IMG/VR virus record: IMGVR_UViG_3300012667_000787
Location: 1 to 39,591 of that record
Direction: 5' to 3' (one strand)
Source: a virus
Lineage: Duplodnaviria > Caudoviricetes
DNA length: 39,591 bases
Shown: positions 32,716-39,591 of the stretch, piece by piece
Layout: each line of letters begins with the position of its first letter
Position numbering within the stretch: the stretch's first letter is position 1
The notes under the pieces: model-generated
Seen by the model: only the letters and a program-made list of their open reading frames with translations
Databases searched by the model: none
What the model was told of the DNA's origin: nothing
Translations under genes and position numbers: made by a program

Positions 32716-34668
32716 TTAGAACCCTTGCGGGCTGGTAGCGCCCATTGGCGCACGGGGCGGGATGCCCACGTTCTGCGGCATGACGGGGATAACTTGGCCC
32801 CGCATTGCCATAAGCTCTAGTTCGGCCTTGCCAGCGTCCGCCTCGGCCTTGCGGGCCTTAGCTTCTGCCTCACGGGCCTCTGACTGTGCAATGCCCTGCG
32901 CGGTTGCCTGTGCCTGCTGTTCCGCCTGCATGGCCTGCGCTTGCTGCTGTTGCTGCATCTGCGCGGCCTGCATAGCTTCGGGCGATTGCTGCTGTTCGTC
33001 GTCTTCGGCCATACCGGGCGGCAATGCCTTGCGGAGGCGTTCGGCCACGCGGTCGCTTTCCGGCCAATCCTGCATCTTTGCGATGAGGTCTGCCACCATC
33101 GGCGCAGCCTGCGGGACGGCTTGCAGGAAGGCCATCATGCCCTCCGATGCCTCTTGCCGCTTGGTCTCATAAGACGGGCCAACGCTGATACGAACGTCAT
33201 ACGCGCCCATCGTCAGGTCGTTAACCGGGACATACTCGCCATTCGCGACCATCAGCGAGTTGATGAGAACCTGCTTTTCTTGGTCGTCCTCGCCAAGAAT
33301 GCGGATAACGCGCTGCGTGTCGTAAACCTTGGGGATCATGCTTACGAGGATCTTGCCCGTCTGCGTGATCGCCTTCACCATGTTGTCCGCATAGACGCTG
33401 GTGTTGGTCTGCGCCTCCATCTTGCGCTCACGGATGGCAACGCCGGACTTTTCATTCGACTGCGCGCCAAGGCTGGCGTCATAGATGCCCGTCGTCCCCT
33501 TCATGTCCTCGGCAGATTGCTGCACTTCCATCGCCACGGCCTGAGAGGCAACGGGCGGGGGAACGCGCATCGGCGGCGGGGCTGCTCCGTCAGGGTGATA
33601 CGGCAGATACGGACGGTTGCGGGTATTCGCCTCATTCCAGAACGTTTCCAAGCCGTTGATTTGCTTGGTCGTCACCATGTAAGGCGCTTTGGGTTGCAGC
33701 GTCATTACCTCGGCCTGCGTCGAGCGGGCGAAGTTGTAAAGCTGCTGCGGGTCCTTCGCGAAACGGATGACAGAGGAACGATACAGTTCCTCGCCCAGAT
33801 GCCATTCCTCGCCCGTCACAGCCACAACCGGGATGTAGCGGCAGGGAACGTCGGTCGGGCCTTCCAGCACCTCGTTGAACGTGATCTTGGCCCATTTCAC
33901 CTGCGGAACGCGCACCTTGCGGCGCTTTACGATGTCCAAGCCTTCAACGGGCTTTTCGATCACCTGGCCGTTGCGAAGCAAGGCGATTTCCTGCTCTTTA
34001 TGCTCGATCCAGAAGTATTCGGCCACCGTGACGGTTTCCGCCGTGATCCATTGCCGGATCGCGTCCATCTGGTTTTCGCTGGTTACGTCCGACATATCCG
34101 CGTCAGGGTATTGCTCGCGGAAGTCCTCTTTCGCCACATCCTCAGTGATGAAGCAATAACGCGCATCGCTGCGCGTCGGGTGCTTTGCCAGCGGATCCCA
34201 AAACACCGAAAACGGGTTGTGGATGCGTTCAATCAGGCATTCCTGATCAAACGTCATGCCGTCGGCATAGTCAGCCCGCACCCGCCAGTGGCCGATGGAA
34301 CAGGCCGCAGCGCTTTCCGCCCCGCCCTCGTAAATCGTCTGCGCGTCCGACTTGTATTCAATCTGCTTGATCAAGCCCGCGAAGATTTCCGCGACCTCTT
34401 CCGTCGCCATGTTGTCAGCCGGCACAACGCGAATAGCCGGGTTCATCTGCCGGATTTGGCCCGTCACTTGGCGCACAAACTGCGGCAGGCGGTTGATCGT
34501 CAGGCACGGCTTGCCATCACCTTCCCGCTCTGTCCGCACTTCCTCCGGCCATTGATCACCGATCAGGAAGCGCAGGTCGTCCTGCGCGCGGTCGCGGTTG
34601 TCGATATCCGACGCCGAAGCCTCATCCATGCGCTTGCGGGCGGCGGCGATGATGTCTTCTTTTTTCAT
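32716..34668 (-). CDS. Portal protein, P22-like
   Basis: GDQW...LTINRL, KDPQQLYN, SGVAI, YDVRISVGPSYETKRQE; Gln-rich barrel. Confidence 0.93.
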   Translation of the reverse strand: MKKEDIIAAARKRMDEASASDIDNRDRAQDDLRFLIGDQWPEEVRTEREGDGKPCLTINRLPQFVRQVTGQIRQMNPAIRVVPADNMATEEVAEIFAGLIKQIEYKSDAQTIYEGGAESAAACSIGHWRVRADYADGMTFDQECLIERIHNPFSVFWDPLAKHPTRSDARYCFITEDVAKEDFREQYPDADMSDVTSENQMDAIRQWITAETVTVAEYFWIEHKEQEIALLRNGQVIEKPVEGLDIVKRRKVRVPQVKWAKITFNEVLEGPTDVPCRYIPVVAVTGEEWHLGEELYRSSVIRFAKDPQQLYNFARSTQAEVMTLQPKAPYMVTTKQINGLETFWNEANTRNRPYLPYHPDGAAPPPMRVPPPVASQAVAMEVQQSAEDMKGTTGIYDASLGAQSNEKSGVAIRERKMEAQTNTSVYADNMVKAITQTGKILVSMIPKVYDTQRVIRILGEDDQEKQVLINSLMVANGEYVPVNDLTMGAYDVRISVGPSYETKRQEASEGMMAFLQAVPQAAPMVADLIAKMQDWPESDRVAERLRKALPPGMAEDDEQQQSPEAMQAAQMQQQQQAQAMQAEQQAQATAQGIAQSEAREAEAKARKAEADAGKAELELMAMRGQVIPVMPQNVGIPPRAPMGATSPQGF

Positions 34669-35999
34669 GCCATCCAGCCCCTGCGCGCAGGTTTGATCTT
34701 GTAGGCTTCGACCTTCGGCGCGGCGTCCACCATGTCGGGGAACAACTCGCTAAAAGCCCACACCAGCGCGTCCAGCCGATCGGGCGAACCGTCGCCTTGG
34801 TAGCCGTGCTGCGTCATCTGCGTCATTTGGTTTTCAAGTTCCGGGTAGCTGCCCACGTGGGCAATCTTGCCTTGCTCGTATAGCGCCGCGATTGGCTCTG
34901 CCCGAACGTGCTTGCCTCTGCTCGCCCTGACTTCGATTATGTTAACCATCGGGTCCACCGTGCGGATGGTGTGCGCCACCATGTCGCCGCCTTGGTTCAC
35001 CTCAATCACGATGCCATCCGCGCCCCATGACCGATACAGGCTAACCGCGCGTCTGGCCCATTCTGCCGGGCTGCCCTGCATGGATGCGTCTTCCAGCACC
35101 ACGCCGCGCTGATCGGCTATCCCGGCCACGATAATGCCGTGTTCGTCGCTTTCTTCCGTCGCCGTTACCGCTGGATCGACCGCCACCACAATGCGGCCCA
35201 GCGTCGGCGCTGTCGGGATGCGGTATGCGTCAATGCTTGCCATCGACCACAGCGCGCCGGGAAGATCGCCAAGAATTTCTGCTTCAAGTTCCTGCCGACC
35301 TAGGCGTGTGCCTGCATAGCGGGTTTCGATGCGCTCAAGAAATGACGTTGCCAGGTTGGCGCGGTTGTCTGCGGTCTTGCCGCGCGTGACGTGAACCTTG
35401 CCCTCTTTGCCCGCGACGATGGCCTTGATCAGTTCAATCGGGCGCGGGGTTGTCGTGATGATCTGCTTTGGCTCAATGGCCGTGCCGCGCATGGCGAATT
35501 GCAGCATATCCCAAGTTTCGCGGGCGTAGCGGTATTTTGCGAGTTCGTCGATCCAAGCGGTGTCGAATTCAGGGCCGCGAAGCTGGTTTGGCTCTGTGCC
35601 GTTGTAGCCCAAGGCAACCGCGCCATTCGGCCATGTGATGCGAACGGGCTTGTATTTGACCTTCGGCGCTTCGCCGGGCGGGTAGATCGCCAGCAAGCGG
35701 GCAACCATGACCTCTTCCAAGTCCTTCTGCGTCTCAGCGACAAGGGCGATGGATCTTGCCCCGGCTTCCACACGTTCCCGCACCCACTGCGCGCCCGTCT
35801 CAGTCTTACCCCAGCCACGGCCAGCCAATGCCAGCCAGATTTCCCAATCGCCTGCGGGTTCAACCTGATCCGGCCTCGCCAGAAAGCCCCGCCATTCGTA
35901 TAGCAGGGCCTCGGCCTCGGCATCGGTGAGGGAGGCGATTACCTCCTTCGCCTGATCAATCGGCAGGGCTGCCAGTTGCTCTGCTACGGACTGCATCAA
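34665..35999 (-). CDS. terL: Terminase large subunit
   Basis: AGRGWGKT, LRGP...WIDE, TTTP, VAVDPA, SPDRLDA. Confidence 0.95.
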   Translation of the reverse strand: MMQSVAEQLAALPIDQAKEVIASLTDAEAEALLYEWRGFLARPDQVEPAGDWEIWLALAGRGWGKTETGAQWVRERVEAGARSIALVAETQKDLEEVMVARLLAIYPPGEAPKVKYKPVRITWPNGAVALGYNGTEPNQLRGPEFDTAWIDELAKYRYARETWDMLQFAMRGTAIEPKQIITTTPRPIELIKAIVAGKEGKVHVTRGKTADNRANLATSFLERIETRYAGTRLGRQELEAEILGDLPGALWSMASIDAYRIPTAPTLGRIVVAVDPAVTATEESDEHGIIVAGIADQRGVVLEDASMQGSPAEWARRAVSLYRSWGADGIVIEVNQGGDMVAHTIRTVDPMVNIIEVRASRGKHVRAEPIAALYEQGKIAHVGSYPELENQMTQMTQHGYQGDGSPDRLDALVWAFSELFPDMVDAAPKVEAYKIKPARRGWMA

Positions 36000-36381
36000 T
36001 GTATGCCATGACCTTTGCCGCGCCCTTGTCGTCGGTCTGGATAGCGCCGCCGTCCTTGCCTGTCAGTTCCTGCTTGATCGTGTCGCTGTAGTCGTCACGG
36101 AAGCGGTTTTTCATCTGGAAAATGAACGCGGTGGCGTTAAAGCCATCTATACCGCCAAACGTGGCGGCGCGCCCTCTTTGTTCCCACCAGGCTTGGCTTT
36201 CATCCTGCGCCCGCTTTATGGCGTAAGAAAATTCCGGGTGCTTTGCGATCCAATCGTCAAGCGTCACGCGGGAAATACCCAGCGTTGACGCCATCTCAGC
36301 TTTGCCCATCCCATCGCGCCCGCATTCAATCACGGTGTCGCAATACTCTTCCTTGTAGGTGCTTGGGCGGCCTGCTGGCAT
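35956..36381 (-). CDS. terS: Terminase small subunit
   Basis: MPAGRPSTY, HTH, HPEFS, IFQMKNRF, ELTGKDGGAI. Confidence 0.88.
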   Translation of the reverse strand: MPAGRPSTYKEEYCDTVIECGRDGMGKAEMASTLGISRVTLDDWIAKHPEFSYAIKRAQDESQAWWEQRGRAATFGGIDGFNATAFIFQMKNRFRDDYSDTIKQELTGKDGGAIQTDDKGAAKVMAYIDAVRSRATGSPAD

Positions 36382-36425
36382 TGTGTCCTCCGGCTCGGCC
36401 AAAGGCCAAGGCTGCGCGAGTGGGG

Positions 36426-36713
36426 TTAGGTAACGTCGATCAGGTTCAACACATCGCCTTGCTTAAGCGGGCCAATGTCGATGGACGTTCCGGCTGGGAT
36501 CGTGTCGCGGGGTTCGGTCGCGGCGGTTTTGTTGATGGCGAGGTGAATGTCATTCACGCGGGCCACAACGCGGATGAAGTCGCCGCCGTTGATGACGATG
36601 GTCGCGACTGCGTTGGTTGCTGTGGTGTTGACAACCTCGGACGCGCGGACCGGGCCGTAAACTGGTGCGCCTTGGCCCATGACAGGGCGGGCAGAGATAT
36701 ATCCGATGCCCAT
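36426..36713 (-). CDS. Small all-beta structural protein (possible capsid-vertex spike base)
   Basis: AGGAGG RBS; alternating beta pattern; start of the late operon. Confidence 0.6.
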   Translation of the reverse strand: MGIGYISARPVMGQGAPVYGPVRASEVVNTTATNAVATIVINGGDFIRVVARVNDIHLAINKTAATEPRDTIPAGTSIDIGPLKQGDVLNLIDVT

Positions 36714-36725
36714 GCAGGCCTCCTG

Positions 36726-36776
36726 TTACTTGCCGTAGCCTTTGCCCTTGCCTTTGGGCTTGCACTTCTTGGCCAT
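36726..36776 (-). CDS. 16-aa basic micropeptide MAKKCKPKGKGKGYGK
   Basis: GAGG RBS; phage-like codon use; stop sits just before the next RBS. Confidence 0.55.
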   Translation of the reverse strand: MAKKCKPKGKGKGYGK

Positions 36777-36884
36777 TTGCGGGCCTCGCGGTGATGTGTG
36801 GGAATGCTTGTGACTTGCGCCCGACGCTGTTTCAGCCGGGGCCGCGCGCCTGACCGCCGCAGGGCTGGTGCAAGCAATGGCGCG

Positions 36885-36912
36885 ACTATACCGCATTTGG
36901 GGGGGAAATCAA
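36885..36912 (-). promoter_or_regulatory. Late promoter (pR'-like)
   Basis: TTGATT-16 nt-TATAGT upstream of the morphogenesis genes. Confidence 0.65.
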
Positions 36913-36922
36913 GCGGTTGTGG

Positions 36923-37144
36923 TTAGAACGCTTCCCGCACCAGAGCCTGATACATTTCCCTGACGCGCTGAGGGTGGGTAGCGCCGCCTGATGCCTTCAT
37001 AACGGCTGATACAAATTGATGCTCTGACATGGCAAACACGTCTTGCTCTTGCAGCACTTGTGCCACGGCGATTATTGTCGTTCGGAACGGTAAAAATGAT
37101 TTCGTCACAGTAGTCCCAACCGCAACGGCCTTATGTTCCATCAC
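36923..37144 (-). CDS. Hypothetical protein
   Basis: Coupled to the nusG-like stop; FVSAVMKASGG..HP motif. Confidence 0.6.
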   Translation of the reverse strand: MMEHKAVAVGTTVTKSFLPFRTTIIAVAQVLQEQDVFAMSEHQFVSAVMKASGGATHPQRVREMYQALVREAF

Positions 37145-37713
37145 GCCACCCTCCGCTTTACCGCCAACGGATCCAGCCGCAACGTTGCGACACGCCCGAA
37201 CAATTCCAACTCCGCCAGCAATTCCGGCGCTGTGCCGCGCTCCACGATGCCCGCGAAGGATGCAAGGCGGCCCTTGAATGAGCCATCTAGGATTTCCAGC
37301 AACTCGCCTGCCTTGAAGTGCTGCACGGCCTTTAGCGCCTCTCTGCGCTGCGCTTTGGTGGCTTCCCGATCTGCCAGCACCTTTTGCGCCTGTTCGATTT
37401 CGGCCTCACGGGCTGCGAATTCCGCTTCTGCGGCTTGGACGTATTCCATGACCTTGCGCGCCTCGCGTTCGCTGCACCATGTGAGGTTGCGGACGGTTTT
37501 GCACATCATGGCAAGATGCCATTCTTCCGGCCCGCCTTCAATGAAAACGTAGTTCGGCAAAAGCGCGCTGATGACCTTATCGGGGCGGCGGCGGTTGCCT
37601 TGCCGGATCATTTCGACCTTGCGGGGAACGTGGCATATGACGCCCAAGGCTTCCAGTTCCTCCTGCGCGTCGAGTTCGGCCCTGTTGCGGACGTAGACGG
37701 CATACATGGTCAT
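37141..37713 (-). CDS. NusG/RfaH-like antiterminator (lambda Q position)
   Basis: NGN YAVYV...LLPNYVFI; KOW FKAGELLEILDGSFKG...LFGR. The likely start is ATG 37713. Confidence 0.85.
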   Translation of the reverse strand: MTMYAVYVRNRAELDAQEELEALGVICHVPRKVEMIRQGNRRRPDKVISALLPNYVFIEGGPEEWHLAMMCKTVRNLTWCSEREARKVMEYVQAAEAEFAAREAEIEQAQKVLADREATKAQRREALKAVQHFKAGELLEILDGSFKGRLASFAGIVERGTAPELLAELELFGRVATLRLDPLAVKRRVA

Positions 37714-37913
37714 GGCATATCCTTCATGCGCCGGAATGCGATGCGCCAGCCTTTGCCTATGGGGCGAAAATCGCTGATGCCGTGGCGCTCTGAAAACAGT
37801 GGCGGGTTCCATGGGGCCTTGATGTGGCACCACCATCCAAAGGCGATGAAGCCCGCCGAACCGCTGCGCGGGTGGATCCAGAGGGTTGCGTTGCCTATAC
37901 CGAGATACCTCAT
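37710..37913 (-). CDS. Hypothetical protein
   Basis: MRYLGIG...PPLFSERHG; ATGA-coupled at both ends. Confidence 0.6.
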   Translation of the reverse strand: MRYLGIGNATLWIHPRSGSAGFIAFGWWCHIKAPWNPPLFSERHGISDFRPIGKGWRIAFRRMKDMP

Positions 37914-38419
37914 ATCGCCTGCCCCTTTCGCATTTTCGCGGCTTCGGTTGTTCTGACTGTGATGCTGGTGCGATCTGCGGCGCGGATGCGGGCGAGTTCG
38001 GCCTCGGCGGAATGCCACTTTATGGCAAGATCGTTTACCGTCTTACCCGTCCACACGCGTATTGCCTCGTTTTCCGCCTCCACGGCGCGCAGTCGTTCCT
38101 CTGCCACCTCGGCCCGCGCAATTGCCTCATCGCGCTGTGCGGCGCTATTTGCGGCCTCTGCGCGCAAAGCAGCGGCAGGATGCACCAAGTCACACAGCGA
38201 AGCTTGTTTCGCCGCCCCGTCTTCGCCATGAAGCGCCACGTCGATTTCGCGCGTCAATTTGCGCGACGATGCCTGCGCTTCCTCGTAGCCCGTGACTAAA
38301 TTCATCAGCCGCTCCACCTCGTCGGCCAGTTCCTCCAGCACGGCGGGAATGGTGCGCTGATCGTATAGCTTGCGCTCACGGGCGGCGAGTTCACGGGCGC
38401 GGGTGGTGAGAGGGGTCAT
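37910..38419 (-). CDS. Coiled-coil hypothetical protein
   Basis: REIDVALHGEDGAAKQASLCDLV motif; ATGA-coupled. Confidence 0.7.
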   Translation of the reverse strand: MTPLTTRARELAARERKLYDQRTIPAVLEELADEVERLMNLVTGYEEAQASSRKLTREIDVALHGEDGAAKQASLCDLVHPAAALRAEAANSAAQRDEAIARAEVAEERLRAVEAENEAIRVWTGKTVNDLAIKWHSAEAELARIRAADRTSITVRTTEAAKMRKGQAI

Positions 38420-39525
38420 GCGGCCTCCGCTTGCAGGATTGCGTTGACGTGCTGGATGCGTTCGCCAATCCACCGCATCACGGGAACGGCCATCGAGTTC
38501 CCCAGCGCCTTGTAGCGCGGGCCATCGGCGGCGGGTTTGCCGCGATGCTGAATCAGCGTGTAATCATCGGGGAAGCCTTGCAGGCGTTCGCACTCGCGCG
38601 GGGTGAGGCGACGAACGGCTTGGGCTGTCTGGATATAGTCCCCGCCTTGGTTTTTACCCACGGGGCCGCCAGCCATCAAGGGCTGTGCAACTTCAACCTG
38701 ACGCGCCTTGTAATCCTTGCCGCTGTTCTGCGGCATGATTGACCAAGCAACCGCAGGCGTTTTGCTCTTGTCCAGCGTCGGCGTCACATCGGATGACACA
38801 CTGTCGCCTTGTCTTGCGCTGTTTTGCCAGCCGAAGGCGACGGGGACAAAGTGCGTTGCGCCGCCGTTGATGTGCTGGTTTTCAAGCCCAAGCTTTTCTC
38901 CGAATGCTGCGTTGAGCGTTCCAGCGCAATCCGCAGGCCATCCGGCAGAGCCTTCCCCCGTTTCTCGGCTCGGCGCAGGATGCCCTGACAGGCTTTCGCG
39001 CTCAAAAAGAACCGCTGCGGCACGGGTCCAGCTTCCAGCGTTTGCGACAACGAACACACGGCGGCGGCGCTGTGCCACTCCGAAGTATTGAGCGTCAAGA
39101 ACGCGGTAGGCGAACCCATACCCGAGTTCTGCCAGCATCCCAAGGAAGGCTCCAAAATCCCGCCCGCCGTTAGATGACAAGACACCGGGGACGTTCTCCC
39201 AGACCAGCCATTCGGGGCAATATCGTGCAGCAATAGCGCCGTATGTGAGCATGAGGTTTCCGCGAGGGTCAGCAAGTCCCTTGCGAAGTCCTGCGATGGA
39301 AAAGGATTGGCAGGGGGTTCCGCCCACGAGAAGGTCAACTGGTTCATCCGGCCAATCCTTGAATTTGGTCATGTCGCCGTGGTTTGGAACGTTTGGGTAG
39401 TGGTGCGCTAACAAGCTGCACGGGAACGGCTCGATTTCGCTCAACGCAGCCGCGCGCCATCCCAGCGGGTGCCAGGCTACGCTTGCCGCCTCAATGCCGC
39501 TGCACACTGACAGGAAGCGCATCAC
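38416..39525 (-). CDS. Orphan C5 cytosine DNA methyltransferase
   Basis: Motifs I (VCSGI), IV (GGTPCQSFS), VI (ENVPG), VIII (QRRRRVF), IX (RRLTPRECERLQGFP) and X (GNS). Confidence 0.95.
   Translation of the reverse strand: MMRFLSVCSGIEAASVAWHPLGWRAAALSEIEPFPCSLLAHHYPNVPNHGDMTKFKDWPDEPVDLLVGGTPCQSFSIAGLRKGLADPRGNLMLTYGAIAARYCPEWLVWENVPGVLSSNGGRDFGAFLGMLAELGYGFAYRVLDAQYFGVAQRRRRVFVVANAGSWTRAAAVLFERESLSGHPAPSRETGEGSAGWPADCAGTLNAAFGEKLGLENQHINGGATHFVPVAFGWQNSARQGDSVSSDVTPTLDKSKTPAVAWSIMPQNSGKDYKARQVEVAQPLMAGGPVGKNQGGDYIQTAQAVRRLTPRECERLQGFPDDYTLIQHRGKPAADGPRYKALGNSMAVPVMRWIGERIQHVNAILQAEAA
38784..39347 (-). CDS. Nested out-of-frame ORF resembling the M.EcoHK31I beta polypeptide
   Basis: 187 open codons inside the MTase; WQNSGM...CSLSQTLE...FFLSAKACQGILRRAEKRGKALP; AAGGA upstream. 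Confidence 0.7.
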   Translation of the reverse strand: MNQLTFSWAEPPANPFPSQDFARDLLTLAETSCSHTALLLHDIAPNGWSGRTSPVSCHLTAGGILEPSLGCWQNSGMGSPTAFLTLNTSEWHSAAAVCSLSQTLEAGPVPQRFFLSAKACQGILRRAEKRGKALPDGLRIALERSTQHSEKSLGLKTSTSTAAQRTLSPSPSAGKTAQDKATVCHPM

Positions 39526-39536
39526 ATCCCCCCGTT

Positions 39537-39591
39537 GGCCGGGAGCGGGTTCAACGCCCCCGGCCCTGAGAGCGTGACGGCGACAACCGCA
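39537..39591. repeat. 55-bp terminal direct repeat, right copy
   Basis: Identical to 1..55. Confidence 0.95.

Noticed and set aside
32941-34704. 587-aa plus-strand ORF and other long antisense ORFs (e.g. 16047..17165, 24587..25633)
   Set aside because: Shadow frames of high-GC coding genes with no recognisable motifs.
1-39591. CRISPR array, diversity-generating retroelement, invertase cassette or IS element
   Set aside because: No spaced repeat array, reverse transcriptase, serine recombinase or transposase was seen by eye; a self dot-plot would confirm.

Overview
The window is a complete, circularly assembled temperate podovirus genome of about 39.5 kb. Bases 1-55 repeat exactly at 39537-39591, and a gene reads across that junction. 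It has P22-like virion genes and a lambdoid layout. The host is probably alphaproteobacterial (likely Rhodobacteraceae), judging from a GapR homologue, a tRNA-Thr(GGT) attP and a GAAC-N7-GAAC box. Layout: (1) a minus-strand early arm with cro, RusA, a DUF1376 initiator, a primase-helicase split by an HNH gene, a C5 methyltransferase and a NusG-like antiterminator; (2) an immunity region with five TAGGA-N4-TCCTA operators; (3) a plus-strand early arm with Rad52/Sak, SSB, GapR and many small genes; (4) xis-int-attP followed by a GIY-YIG/DUF262 accessory block; (5) minus-strand late genes for terminase, portal, scaffold, coat, tail, ejection, lysis and two carbohydrate-active fibres. The strongest unexplained signal is a probable -1 frameshift at the stop codon of the 802-aa SGNH fibre. 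It would add a Trp/Asp-repeat peptide that may dock the downstream anchorless beta-helix spike. Other notable signals are a nested out-of-frame methyltransferase beta-like ORF, a possible SinI-like antirepressor, and a DUF262 gene bracketed by 20-bp direct repeats. All family calls come from motif recognition by eye; no database searches were run.
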